DNA of 64,000 nt from Minutocellus sp. GHC0000111 (lineage: Eukaryota), in the NCBI GenBank assembly GCA_977018835.1, contig OZ361256.1, positions 3,286,001 to 3,350,000 on the forward strand, given 5' to 3'. How positions within the stretch are numbered: the first letter of the stretch is position 1; each line of letters begins with the position of its first letter. Positions 10,989 to 21,849 of the stretch are shown in pieces. A model generated the notes under the pieces. It saw nothing but the letters and a program-made list of their open reading frames with translations, ran no database searches and had not been told where the DNA came from. A program made the translations under genes and the position numbers.

Positions 10989-11977
10989 CTAGTTGAATGT
11001 GTCTTGATCGATGGCAAACACGTTTCTATAATCATCACCTGCATACACCGCCTGCTCAATGGCAATAATTGCGGCAACATCCACACCTTCCTCGATATGA
11101 AAGACGGCCGAGGCACCATACATGTCAAATCGAATGTTCGTAACGACGTTGCTGGTGCTTGAGGACTTGATTTCGATCGACTTGTCCTTTTGCGTCAGAT
11201 CAGCAATGTAGATTTTCTTGTAGACTACCACGCCTCGGCTCGTTTGGCCATTGGCAACGAGGTAGGTGGCCTTGTTCCGTCCGAGCTCAATCTTGGAAAT
11301 TTGTAGAGCTTGAATTTGGTGCCGGCGTTGCCAAACATCTTCTTGGCGTTCTTGGGGGCAATAGGAGCTTGGTGTAGATAGCTGGGGGCGTTACGAAAGA
11401 GGTAGACAGTATTGGTTTTGGTGTTGGTGTACAGTCGGGCAATGATACTCCCTTTACCGTCTCTCATGGTGGCCTCGTCATTGGTAAGGAGAGACACACG
11501 CCTCATTTTAGCCACTACGTTTTGAGTATTTGTGGCAGTGGAAGATACGTTGCGCCTGTGGTTGCTTTTGTAGCTGTTGTCATCACTGTCGTCATCTTTG
11601 AGTGCACTCGATCGTCTCCGTGTGGAATCGATGTAGTCCTGTCCACCGTAAAAGAGGGTAATGCTCTGCTCGGATATAAGACGACGATCGACGCAGCGAT
11701 AAATTGGAGCTGGACTGCTCTTGGAGTGAACGCCAACGCCCTCGAATGATCTCTTGCTGGCGAATCGAACGACAGATGCCCGTTTTCGGGGCTGAGCAGA
11801 ATCGACCTGTTCGAGTCCAGCGTCCATAGACGATCGTTTCGTGAGTGGCCTTGCCGGGCGATTTTCTGGGACTGGAACAGCAACGACGGCAGGTGGACCA
11901 CTGACTCTGCTGCTTCGCAAGGGGACGCAGTCCGCCATCATACTCTCGTGTACTTCCTTGAGTTTCGACTTGATCAT
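10989..11977 (-). pseudogene. Frameshifted hypothetical protein with Tubby-C/LURP-one-like beta-rich C-terminus
   Basis: ORFs 11225-11977 and 10989-11231 join through a shift near 11290 (KLYKF/KIELGRNKATY). The C-terminus FHIEEGVDVAAIIAI resembles Tubby_C_2 ends. Confidence 0.5.
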
Positions 11978-12500
11978 GGTATTGCTGGTTACTTTCTGTG
12001 TTTCGTTAGTTTGAATTTGTGGCGAAAAGACGCCACATCGGGTGCTGTGGTGTATCTTTCGGGTCTACTCTGACGGCTCTCCTTGAGTGTCTGATGATTA
12101 CCTGAGCGACATCTCGCTCTGTTCGAACTGGAGAGGGCTAAAACCGCCCAGGCTGTGTCGGTGAGCTGATCATGAGGGTCGAATGAGTCCAAAATGATAA
12201 CTTCCGGGTTTCCAAGTTTTGAGTTCGTTGCTCAACGACGCGACGACGAGAAGACCTTCCATGAGGGTTGCCATGATTGCACAGCATTCTTCCACGATAC
12301 AACTGACGAAGATACCCCAGTGATCACGTCTAATCCACATTCATAATCATTGCATATCCTTCAAAACTCGGCACATAATATCCCTGGTTGCAACACACAA
12401 GAGCCGTCTTTCATCCACCCCATCAATTCTAATCATTCTCCATTGCAAACAACAGCAAACACCTCGATCCCATCGATTGGAGAAGCAAACACACATAGCA

Positions 12501-13691
12501 ATGCCGAATCAAACAAATAAATCCCATCCCCTTCCGGCCCTTGCAGTTGTCTTGGCACTCGTTGCCAGTGCTTTTTCGCAGAAAATCCCACCAGGAGGCG
12601 GCTTCGGTGTCGGTATGGACGGCGGCGGATCCAGCAACAATGCACAGACAGATCTCGACACTGGCATGGCCAAATGGTTTAGCCACAATATGACAAATTA
12701 CGATTACCAATACTCGGCCGACTGCCCAACCTGGCCCTGTGAGGATCCTCTCGATTCCAGACCAAAGAATGTCGAGGTCAGAAATGGCACGATTGCCTCT
12801 GTTGAGTTGGCATACAATTGGGACGATTCCCAACTACTCCCAGAGCATGTAGATGACGTGAAAACTCCCGAGGACTTGTTTGAGGAAATCCAAATGGCCA
12901 TCGATGGAAACGCCGACACCGTTCAAGTCCAGTACGATAGCAATTATGGCCATCCTACGTATGTTCTCATTGACTACTCCGCCGATGACGAGACGAAATT
13001 TCGCTATTCGATCGAATCGCTTATTGATCTGCGAGTTACAGAAAGTCGTCAGGCGGAGTTGGACGCCAATCGAGCCCTATGGGATTCATATGGGGCGGTG
13101 GACTACGATTACTACTACCGGCGATCCTGTTTCTGCATGTACGAGTACACCAAACAATTCCAGGTCCAGGTTCGCAACGACACTGTCGATGCCGCCTTTG
13201 TTGCCGAGGATGGCACCCCTGCCAAGCCCGACATGTTGGTGAACTGGCTTCCTACGATTGATGGCATCTTTGATCAGATCCAAAGTGCCATTGATCGGTC
13301 GGCATACTCCATGACCATTCGGTACAACGAAACATACGGCTACCCCGAATCAGTGTCCATCGATTACAATCGAATGATGGCGGACGAAGAGCTCTATATT
13401 AGCACCGAGGGCTTGGAGATATTGGCCACTGAACCTGTTGTTGAAGCCAATGCTGCAGCCAACACCACAGACACCGATCCAGAGCTCCAAGTCTTTCAGC
13501 AGCAGGAGACCAAGTCAGTGGAAAGCCCGGCAGCTCCATCGACGGACGATACTTCTGGAAGTTATTCTTTAGATTTCGCACTGACGAGGGCAGTTGGACT
13601 ATTTTCCGTGGCCATTGTCTTCCTCGCTTGCCCTTTTCGTGTGGATTATACAATTATATCTATGTGTTTGCTGAGACTCCTTAAAATTTAG
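12501..13691 (+). CDS. Secreted, probably GPI- or membrane-anchored protein with two DUF6174-like repeats
   Basis: Signal peptide. Two repeats of W....Y.Y.....C......V.VRN.T.....T...LF..IQ.AID......Y...YG.P....IDY....D(D/E)E. S/T-rich linker and hydrophobic tail. Confidence 0.7.
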   Translation: MPNQTNKSHPLPALAVVLALVASAFSQKIPPGGGFGVGMDGGGSSNNAQTDLDTGMAKWFSHNMTNYDYQYSADCPTWPCEDPLDSRPKNVEVRNGTIASVELAYNWDDSQLLPEHVDDVKTPEDLFEEIQMAIDGNADTVQVQYDSNYGHPTYVLIDYSADDETKFRYSIESLIDLRVTESRQAELDANRALWDSYGAVDYDYYYRRSCFCMYEYTKQFQVQVRNDTVDAAFVAEDGTPAKPDMLVNWLPTIDGIFDQIQSAIDRSAYSMTIRYNETYGYPESVSIDYNRMMADEELYISTEGLEILATEPVVEANAAANTTDTDPELQVFQQQETKSVESPAAPSTDDTSGSYSLDFALTRAVGLFSVAIVFLACPFRVDYTIISMCLLRLLKI

Positions 13692-13794
13692 CCAACATAG
13701 ACCTCTACATACATAAGTAGATTTTTAAAGTATATCTAGAGCTAGAGACGCAGTAAATTGTAGCATTCGTGGTGGTCATTCAGCAATTCAAAAT

Positions 13795-15618
13795 TTATGT
13801 TACGTTTGGTAGCACGACCTTATGGCCGTTTTCGCCACTGCTTGAACCATCCTCTTCTCGGCGCGTCGTAGCAAGCTCAACACCACCCTCCTGCGTCATT
13901 TCCACTTCTTCGTACGAGCCTCTCCCTCGTCGAAATCGTCGCCTTCGGTGTGGTGCCGATGCCTTCTTCGCACGGTAGTAAATGTAATATCCCGCAGCGA
14001 TGAAAAAATACACCAACAAGAGCAATATCCCAAACATTTCCAATTGCGCTACCAGATACCAGTTGAAGATTGTCCCGAGACATGGAATGAGAGGAACAAA
14101 GGGAGTGCGAAAGTACTGGACTCCTTCTTCCCACGTCGATGCTATTGACTTGTTTCCCCCAAAGACCGCGGTAGGTGGACAAAGGAATTTGATTAGACCC
14201 CAGCTTAGGGCTGTCGCCGTCGTCAAGAGCAACGCAATGATCTTTCCCCATTTGTGCTGCCAAGCATGAACGAATGTGATGGTCATACCGAGCGAAACAA
14301 CATTGAAAACTATGGGCAGCTGACCCAAAAGACGTGGCCGATAAGTCGGCGACTGCCTTCGCATGACAATGAGAGATGAATTTGTCACTGTAAATGCCAC
14401 AAGAATGCCGGCAGAAACAAAGTCGCCCAGATCTTCAAAAGGAACAAACGTTGCAATCAACGTCATGAGACCACCAGAACATAAAACTCCCTTGCGCAAA
14501 TTCCCCTTGTGGTCGACCTCACAAAACATTGGCGGTAGCAACTCATCCCTCGCCAGCGCATACTGTAATCGCGGCTGAAGTATAACGGATATCAAAACAA
14601 CTACGGGCAGGGTAAAGACTTCTCCAGCTGCTGTCAGCTGTGCCGCCCACATCACCCCCCTCGCCTTGAAGGCCTCTGGAAAACCACTTTCGGGAGAAAT
14701 GTCAGTGTAATGCTGCATGCCGGTCAACGCGACGGCCGCTGCAATGTAGAGCACCGTGACGAGGACGAGCGTAATCATGACGGATCGAGGCAAGTTCATG
14801 CTCGGATTCTGGGCCTCTCCGGCCACGCAGCAGATGCCATCGAATCCTAGATAGCCAAAGAACGATGTGGTGGCACCCCTCATCACGCCGCTCACTCCAA
14901 ATTCAGGTGGAATGAATGGCGATAAATTGGATGGGACCAATAGAACGAAACCACCAATTGCCATGAAGCACACCAAAAGTACCTTGGTCCAAGTGAAGAA
15001 GTCGGTCACAAGCTTTGACTCTTTCACTCCACAGAGGATGAGCGCTGTACAGCAAGCCGACACCAAGAACGCCAAGGGATTGATGTTGTATCCCGGATCG
15101 AGTATTCGGGAGGCCCAAGGACCAGCATTCAACTCCACATTCAGCCACTCCACGACCTTGTCGCCCCAGCTTCTGGCCACGGCGCTGCCCGAAACAAGGA
15201 ACTCCAAGGTCAGACAGGCGGCAGTCAAAAAGGCCACAAACTCGCCCATGCTTTCGTGAGCGTAGGCATAGCTCGAACCGGTCGATGGTATTCGCCCACT
15301 GAGTTCTGCGTAGCAACAGCCGCTGAGGAATGCTGCCGTCCCAGCAATGGCCCAGGACAAACATGTGGCAGGGCCCGAGTGCTGATTGGCAATTAATCCG
15401 CACAAGACAAAGATTCCGCTACCGATCGTTCCACCCACGCCTATGGAGACGAGGTCAAATAACGAGAGATGTCGTTCGAGGGCCCGGTGATCGGGATCCT
15501 CTAATATTTGCGAGCTCGTGCGTTCGAGGGTAGAGTTGTTATTGCTTGAGGTGCTATCAGCTGCAGCATCTTCGGATTGGAAGGCATCGTCCGCGTTCTG
15601 CCCGTTGTGGTGGTCCAT
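13795..15618 (-). CDS. APC-superfamily cationic amino acid transporter (CAT-like)
   Basis: GVGGTIGSGIF, CYAELSGRIPSTGSSY, FFGYLGFD, EAQNP, FRTPFVPLIP and multiple TM helices. ORF is intact. Confidence 0.92.
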   Translation of the reverse strand: MDHHNGQNADDAFQSEDAAADSTSSNNNSTLERTSSQILEDPDHRALERHLSLFDLVSIGVGGTIGSGIFVLCGLIANQHSGPATCLSWAIAGTAAFLSGCCYAELSGRIPSTGSSYAYAHESMGEFVAFLTAACLTLEFLVSGSAVARSWGDKVVEWLNVELNAGPWASRILDPGYNINPLAFLVSACCTALILCGVKESKLVTDFFTWTKVLLVCFMAIGGFVLLVPSNLSPFIPPEFGVSGVMRGATTSFFGYLGFDGICCVAGEAQNPSMNLPRSVMITLVLVTVLYIAAAVALTGMQHYTDISPESGFPEAFKARGVMWAAQLTAAGEVFTLPVVVLISVILQPRLQYALARDELLPPMFCEVDHKGNLRKGVLCSGGLMTLIATFVPFEDLGDFVSAGILVAFTVTNSSLIVMRRQSPTYRPRLLGQLPIVFNVVSLGMTITFVHAWQHKWGKIIALLLTTATALSWGLIKFLCPPTAVFGGNKSIASTWEEGVQYFRTPFVPLIPCLGTIFNWYLVAQLEMFGILLLLVYFFIAAGYYIYYRAKKASAPHRRRRFRRGRGSYEEVEMTQEGGVELATTRREEDGSSSGENGHKVVLPNVT

Positions 15619-16207
15619 TTCAGTAGTATTGGTCGAGGTGCGGTGGTAACAGGCGCGTCTTCGGAACGTCACCGGTGCTTATGCCTGTTCTGGCGTTTCA
15701 TTTATTTTGGAGGATAGAAGGTGCAAACGTAGTGTCTGCTTTCCCTCATTTCGACTTCCTACATGAACTCAGCCCGGCGCATGGAGCGGCGTACGAGTAT
15801 CTTGGCTTGCTCAACAGCATGGCGATGTGCTGTTCGTTGACTTTTGCTTGTCCCTGTTGGTCGTCCTGGCCGGCCGTCACTTTTGTCTGTTGGTCGTCCT
15901 GGCCGTCACCCGTTACTGTACGAAACTCGTAGCTACGTACGCATCGGCAGCAGCTGATTGCCAGACGAGCATGACGGCGAAACGACCACACACGCCGCCG
16001 AGCCAGATTCACGAGATTCATTCATTCCGCATCAAGCGAGAGCCGACGATGTGATCAGAATGCTCTTGAGTGCTAAATATCGATGTTAGTTCATTCCCTA
16101 ACATCCAGCCACGACCGGCAATCTCGAGATTCGATTCCATTCCTCTTGCGAAAACTAGCACATCTCGTGCCACTCAGTCATAACTCTTCGTGTTCTGGTT
16201 CGCTACA

Positions 16208-18502
16208 ATGGATTTGACATTTTGTTCCCTACTACTTTGGCTCATCGCTGGCGTTGTCCAACACACCAATGCGTTGCAGCCATCGAAGATTCGTCGCCAA
16301 ACAAGTCAATACCACGGCCATAAAGATGTCGTATCGCGGCGAAACTACAAGAACACAGAGGATGATGACATCAACTCGCTGATTCCTCCTGATGATGATA
16401 CACATCCTACCACCAATGACGACCATAGTAGCAAGCTTCTGCCCAACCTCCGCCTATCGCTGGTTGTCAGATCCATTCACAATCGCGCGCAGAAACGCAA
16501 GAAAGATTCACAAGACCTTCTCGACGACCTACATTTGGCATATACTCTTGCTAGCGATGAGATCAGACGTGCCAGCAATGACGACGCGGTGGTACCGGCT
16601 TATGCCGATTTCGTTCACAAGAAGAGGATGATGACGAGATTCGATAAGACCAAGAAACGACGACAATTTGTATCGAGATTTGCGTTGAGGAAGCGGCGGC
16701 CCAAAGTGCCAGTGAGGACGGCAGAAGAATTGCGATCGGCAGTGCTGGACCAGGGACGTCCGTTGAAGGATGTCCAGCTGATCCAAGATAATACCAATGC
16801 CATGAACGTCACAGATCAGGTCGCCAATGTGCTGGATCACGAAGTGCTCAAACTGATTGCCAACCGATTTGAATCTGGATCCAAGCCATCTGCTCGGACT
16901 ACAAATGACACCGCCCGTCTTGCCTTGGCCATCGAGGGTGGCGGTATGAGAGGGGCAGTCAGCGCAGGCATGGCTGCAGCAATTGGATGCCTTGGCCTCT
17001 GCGATACGTTTGATGCTGTTTATGGGTCCAGTGCTGGCAGCGTCGTCGGTGCATACATGATTTCTCGACAAATGTGCGTCGATGTATATCTATCCTTGTT
17101 GACAGCGGCCAAGCTTACCTTTGTGAGTAAGGGTCGAATTGTTGCACATCTGACAAAAGATATAGCAAGAGTAGTCCTGAAAAATCGAACATCGACATTG
17201 GCTACCGCACCCTTGCAAAAAATGACGCCTGGTTTGAACATTAGCTTTGTTTTGGAGGGAATCATGTGCCCACAGAATGGTTTGAGGCCATTAGATTTGG
17301 ATGCCTTCCATGCCAACGATAAAGTCCAGCCATTGCGAGTTGTAGCGTCCTCTTTACGCAGAGGGCAGATGGAAACTGTCTGCTTCGGGTCAGAGGAAGG
17401 AGACTTCTTTGATCAAGTTGACAAAAATGATATTGGTCGTGCCACTACATCAGCTGACGGGAAAAGACATGGGCTATTCTCCTGTCTCGAGGCATCCATG
17501 AGTGTGCCAGGAGCTGCCGGTCCGCCTATTGATCTTATCCGAAGCAAAGACTGCGATAAGGGAGTCGTCACCTCAGCTTTCGATGCCTTCTGTTACGAAC
17601 CACTTCCATATCGATCAGCCGTTGAGGAGGGTCACACGCATGTTTTGGTACTGCGAAGTAGACCGGATGGATTCCCGATTAAGACTCGGCCTGGTGTGTA
17701 TGAAAGAGGTATCGCAAACGTCTACTTCCGGTCTCATGGACAGCCTGAAGTAGCGTCTTACTTTGAGCGCGGCGGTCAGCAATACATCTATTGTGAGGAC
17801 TTGCTTACTCTTGATGACGCGAAGAAGAGTAGAGGCGCCGTCCCTGTACCTCCCAATATAATTTTATATGGTGCAACAGAAGCACAAAGTGGAGAAGCTC
17901 ATCATCTCTCTGAACATCGCTGCGAATGGAAGAAGGCGCATTTGCTGCCCATTGCTGTTCCAGAAGGTACACCAGAGCTTAGGTCGCTGGAACAAAGCGA
18001 GGAAGAGGTTTTACAAGCTGTTCGCTCTGGCTTTGCCGCTGCCTATGATATTCTAGCACCGGCTGTTGGTCTCGAGATTGACGCTTTAGAGGGCAAACGC
18101 GTCGCTGAGCTCGTCTTTCCGTCCTATGACTCGACGGAAGCTGCATTGCAACAACCAAAGAAAGTTCACGGCGAACCGATCGCCCAGAATTATCATCATC
18201 CTTTGGAGGTACAGAAACACGAGAAGAGACGAAAGCGATACAAGAGGTTCCTTCGAGACCAAGAAGAATGCCTTGTACCAGATGGAGACGAGGTGACAAT
18301 GCTTGACGATGCCAATTGCAGGAAAGTAATCAGTCTGCGTTCCCAAAAGATAGCGAGCGAGCCTTGCCCAAAGAGGGATGCAAGGACCTTACTGGCATTT
18401 CTTCCTGGTATTCAATCCGGAAGGCTCGCGCCCTTGGCAGAGGGGCTTACGTATCACAAGAATGGTTGCCCTGATACAGTTTCAAATAAAACGAATAGCT
18501 AG
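16208..18502 (+). CDS. Patatin-like phospholipase with N-terminal signal peptide
   Basis: Oxyanion loop EGGGMRG, nucleophile GSSAG, ASMSVP and the catalytic-Asp variant DAF. ORF is intact. Confidence 0.85.
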   Translation: MDLTFCSLLLWLIAGVVQHTNALQPSKIRRQTSQYHGHKDVVSRRNYKNTEDDDINSLIPPDDDTHPTTNDDHSSKLLPNLRLSLVVRSIHNRAQKRKKDSQDLLDDLHLAYTLASDEIRRASNDDAVVPAYADFVHKKRMMTRFDKTKKRRQFVSRFALRKRRPKVPVRTAEELRSAVLDQGRPLKDVQLIQDNTNAMNVTDQVANVLDHEVLKLIANRFESGSKPSARTTNDTARLALAIEGGGMRGAVSAGMAAAIGCLGLCDTFDAVYGSSAGSVVGAYMISRQMCVDVYLSLLTAAKLTFVSKGRIVAHLTKDIARVVLKNRTSTLATAPLQKMTPGLNISFVLEGIMCPQNGLRPLDLDAFHANDKVQPLRVVASSLRRGQMETVCFGSEEGDFFDQVDKNDIGRATTSADGKRHGLFSCLEASMSVPGAAGPPIDLIRSKDCDKGVVTSAFDAFCYEPLPYRSAVEEGHTHVLVLRSRPDGFPIKTRPGVYERGIANVYFRSHGQPEVASYFERGGQQYIYCEDLLTLDDAKKSRGAVPVPPNIILYGATEAQSGEAHHLSEHRCEWKKAHLLPIAVPEGTPELRSLEQSEEEVLQAVRSGFAAAYDILAPAVGLEIDALEGKRVAELVFPSYDSTEAALQQPKKVHGEPIAQNYHHPLEVQKHEKRRKRYKRFLRDQEECLVPDGDEVTMLDDANCRKVISLRSQKIASEPCPKRDARTLLAFLPGIQSGRLAPLAEGLTYHKNGCPDTVSNKTNS

Positions 18503-18575
18503 CTACTTATGGATTTTCTCTCTAAATTTGGCTAGTGCATTTCTTTCTCCGCTGATACTCTCTACTGTGCACTCT

Positions 18576-20297
18576 CTAAGATTCGTTGGGGTCCTTCCAA
18601 CAAGTTAGGTCATTCTTCCTTTTAGTATCTCTTGGGTACGAATAGAAGACTCTGCATCTGTCGATGTCTGCGTCGAAGTCATATGCCTTGCACTTATCTA
18701 TTTGCTTTTTGCACTTTTCTGCACACCAACCCTTATCTACATCATACCATTTATTGTAGTCTTTTCCTTCCACACCATTTGGACCAAAGTGAAAGGTGCA
18801 GGCTCGGTTATTCATCTTTGGCCAGTCTGAGGGGTCGCTGTCCTTATCATCCTCTTTATCCTTGTCGTCGCCGTTGTCCTTGTCTTCCTCTTTTTCTGGG
18901 GCAGGGCAGGCCATGATTGTACACACGCTCCGACCGTCTCCAGCACAAACACATGAATTGCATCCATCAAACGCATCGTACACATCGCCCTCAGGGTATG
19001 TTACTCCGTTGAAAATACAACTGGCGAGTTGATCAGTCCGTTCTTTGGTGTTAGTTGGCGCACAGGGCTCAAACTTACACCCGTTATACGGGTCGCGAGA
19101 AACAAAAGAGCCGTCTGAGCATTCAAGTATGTCCCATGCACAAAATTGGAATGGCGGGCAGGGCCGAAAGGCACATTCATTTGCAGGGTCTCGAAACACG
19201 AAGCTTCCGTCATCGCATTCGCGGACGTCTTGAAGACAACCACTATCGTCATCTGAACGATTATCGATGTCTTCAGTGTTCCCGCATGTCGTTTGCTCTT
19301 TTTGTTTTGTTGAAGTGTAAGTGCGGAAGGTCTGGCACTTATTGTTGACTACAGAGAACTCATATGCCACGCAACCTTGGTTCATAGAGCACATTTGTTT
19401 GCACCAAAGTAATGTTTTATCTTGCCAAGATGCCCATACCGTCCCTTCGCAGGCACTGTCTTTGTGTTCTATCCAAATATTATCTGGAATGTGGGGTTCA
19501 TCAACAACGTCGCCGCCATTAGTAATCTTGGGTTCTTCTTTCCCATCTTCATCGTCGCTTATCTTAGGATCATTTGGTCCATCATCGTCGGAAATAGGAG
19601 GTTCTTTTGGGTCATGAACCTCGACCTCTCCCTCATGGACTTCATCTGGCCACAAGAGGATGGTGAGGGTTGCTGCAAGTCCACCTACCAACATCACAAC
19701 GAGGCATGCCAGAAGTATCTTCTTCGTGGAGCAAGCTTTGCGTGTTGCCATGGGGCTCTTGCCCTCTGTTGGACTATCTTGTGGTAGTGGAGGTTGAGCA
19801 GTCTCCGGCACCTCTGGCAGTGGAAGTGTGGCATTCAGTCCTCCTCCTACAGCGTTGGTGACGATTGGGAGAGCGACTGGAAGCGAGTCTACTGCACCAG
19901 GGCCGATCGGAACGACGACACTGTTGAGAGCAGGTTCATCTGGTGGTGATAGGCACTTCGTATCGCTGTTGGCGACAGGACTTCGTTTGCGTGTATCTTC
20001 CTCTGCTGCCAGCGGCGATGGCGATGGGCTACATGTACTATCTTCAGCGGGCACTGGTACTCCCGACAGAGGAGGCGCCGAAGCACCGATGTAATCGTAG
20101 GCTCGCTTCTTTTCCTCGTAGTCGTCCTCCCAAGCGCCGAGTCGGTTGTTACCAAATCGCTTGCTGGTGGCGACGTCGGCACGATCCTCCTCCGGCGCCT
20201 CGCTCAACGGATCGTCAGCGGCGGCCTTGATGTCGATATCGCGGCTGGATTTGGTGGTGTAGCTGAGGCGGCTCTCGTGGTTGCCCTCTGGGTCCAT
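18576..20297 (-). CDS. Type II membrane protein with PAN/apple-like domains, two C..D..EC.DGSFV.RDP.N.C.F.PC repeats and a pacifastin/VWC-like module
   Basis: Single TM (ILLACLVVMLVGGLAATLTILLW). PAN-like WCKQMC...CVAYEF and WCAEKC...CKAYDF. Module DGCNSCVC...CTIMAC. Confidence 0.7.
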   Translation of the reverse strand: MDPEGNHESRLSYTTKSSRDIDIKAAADDPLSEAPEEDRADVATSKRFGNNRLGAWEDDYEEKKRAYDYIGASAPPLSGVPVPAEDSTCSPSPSPLAAEEDTRKRSPVANSDTKCLSPPDEPALNSVVVPIGPGAVDSLPVALPIVTNAVGGGLNATLPLPEVPETAQPPLPQDSPTEGKSPMATRKACSTKKILLACLVVMLVGGLAATLTILLWPDEVHEGEVEVHDPKEPPISDDDGPNDPKISDDEDGKEEPKITNGGDVVDEPHIPDNIWIEHKDSACEGTVWASWQDKTLLWCKQMCSMNQGCVAYEFSVVNNKCQTFRTYTSTKQKEQTTCGNTEDIDNRSDDDSGCLQDVRECDDGSFVFRDPANECAFRPCPPFQFCAWDILECSDGSFVSRDPYNGCKFEPCAPTNTKERTDQLASCIFNGVTYPEGDVYDAFDGCNSCVCAGDGRSVCTIMACPAPEKEEDKDNGDDKDKEDDKDSDPSDWPKMNNRACTFHFGPNGVEGKDYNKWYDVDKGWCAEKCKKQIDKCKAYDFDADIDRCRVFYSYPRDTKRKNDLTCWKDPNES

Positions 20298-20794
20298 GTT
20301 GGAGCTGATTCCTTGATTGAGATATTGTTTGATGATGCAATTCTTTCCCAATCTTTTTGTTGGGCGAGTGGGAAAGAAAGATAGATGGATTAGATAGAAA
20401 GTAGCCGAGATGATGTTCTTGGACGTTTCATGTCGTACCTAGGTACATTATGCTACGTAGCTGGAAATCCTCGCTATCGCTATCCTTGACCAATTCTCAT
20501 TCATTTCCCATAACTCACCTACTGATTGCTTGATGTTGGTGTTCTCTTTCGATTTATGATGGTTTGAATGGTGGTAGGCTCTTTTATGCGAAGCATCTCG
20601 GCTCGACCCTCTCGCCCTCGCCGGCAAGCCCAGAAGACTTGACTTCGCCGCGCGCCGGGCGGGTGGTATGGCATATGGTGCGAACCCGCGGGGTGCGAAC
20701 CAGTCAAAAGCCAGTCTGTGCCAATTTTTCTTGGAGCAGCCGCTTGCCCTCCATTCTTTTTCTCCCTAAGGCAAACGGTCTCAGCCATGATGCA

Positions 20795-21784
20795 ATGATT
20801 CATCTGTTTTCCCTAGGGAGAATACTCCTACTCTGTGGCCTTGCCGTTGTTTCTCTCGTTTCGACGCATTTTGTGCTTTGGAGGAACAACCACGGCGAAG
20901 CAGTTTTAGACGATGAGCCTCCATCGAGGAGGTTGGCGCCAAACCCAACCCAAAGTAGGCAAACCAGTGCAAACACGCTACTCTCCACCGCACCAGTCGC
21001 AGCGATTGGCAAAGGCCTGGGGACAATCGGCCAAGTTTTGTCATGTGGTCGGAAGAAGTGCCTCTTCCCCGTCGTCGACCAGTCCACTAAAAATAACGAC
21101 AAAGTAGCCACCGCCGCCATCACCAACACAGCAACCTCCAGGGGATATCTGATTTCCAACGGCGATGCCAAGCAGTATCAGAGAGCCTTTGATGCATGGA
21201 GATATGCCAAATATCTCGAGTATCATTACGGTCTGCGCCAAACACTGCAGGAGAAGCCTGTGCACTTCGACATATCTGATGATCTGGCCGAAACTCATCT
21301 CAACGTCGATTTTAGCGATTCTGGAAGACTTGGATATCAGAACTCAACGAGGCAGTTTGAGGCGGGGCCTGCCATCGCCCAGCCAGTGCAGATTGTTGCC
21401 GAGCCATGGATGTTGGTTGGGTGCTACGGCCGTTATGAGAGCTCTGTGAAGAAGCTCGAACGATTCGTTTTTAAGGTGATGAAAAATGCCGTCGTGGAGG
21501 TCGATGCCACAGCCACAATCCATCATTTCTTGGACAATTTCGCTCATGATCTCAACCAAACCGAAACCATCTTGCAGGAAAGCGAGGTGCAGTGCTTATA
21601 TCATGACTTTCAGCTGATTCTAGATGCAGAGGGACATCTCGTTCACATGGATCTAGATCGGTGTTTGGCGCAGGTTCGCCGAAATGACGGAAAGGGCAAA
21701 ATTACGATGGATGACCAACGGCTTTGCAGAGATCAGATGCACAGTTTGTTGGAGAAAAGTCGACAACAGATGCTTGCGAACTGA
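20795..21784 (+). CDS. Hypothetical type II membrane protein with a kinase-like C-terminal motif
   Basis: N-terminal TM helix and C-terminal HDFQLILDAEGHLVHMDLDRC. ORF is intact. Confidence 0.55.
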   Translation: MIHLFSLGRILLLCGLAVVSLVSTHFVLWRNNHGEAVLDDEPPSRRLAPNPTQSRQTSANTLLSTAPVAAIGKGLGTIGQVLSCGRKKCLFPVVDQSTKNNDKVATAAITNTATSRGYLISNGDAKQYQRAFDAWRYAKYLEYHYGLRQTLQEKPVHFDISDDLAETHLNVDFSDSGRLGYQNSTRQFEAGPAIAQPVQIVAEPWMLVGCYGRYESSVKKLERFVFKVMKNAVVEVDATATIHHFLDNFAHDLNQTETILQESEVQCLYHDFQLILDAEGHLVHMDLDRCLAQVRRNDGKGKITMDDQRLCRDQMHSLLEKSRQQMLAN

Positions 21785-21849
21785 AAAAGATGTCAATAGG
21801 CACCGTGCAATGTACTCGAAACATCCAAAAGTTTAAAGCTTGGCCCGTA

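Noticed and set aside
15854..15904. 18-bp direct repeat CTGTTGGTCGTCCTGGCC in the divergent APC/patatin intergenic region
   Set aside because: A simple local duplication with no evidence for function.
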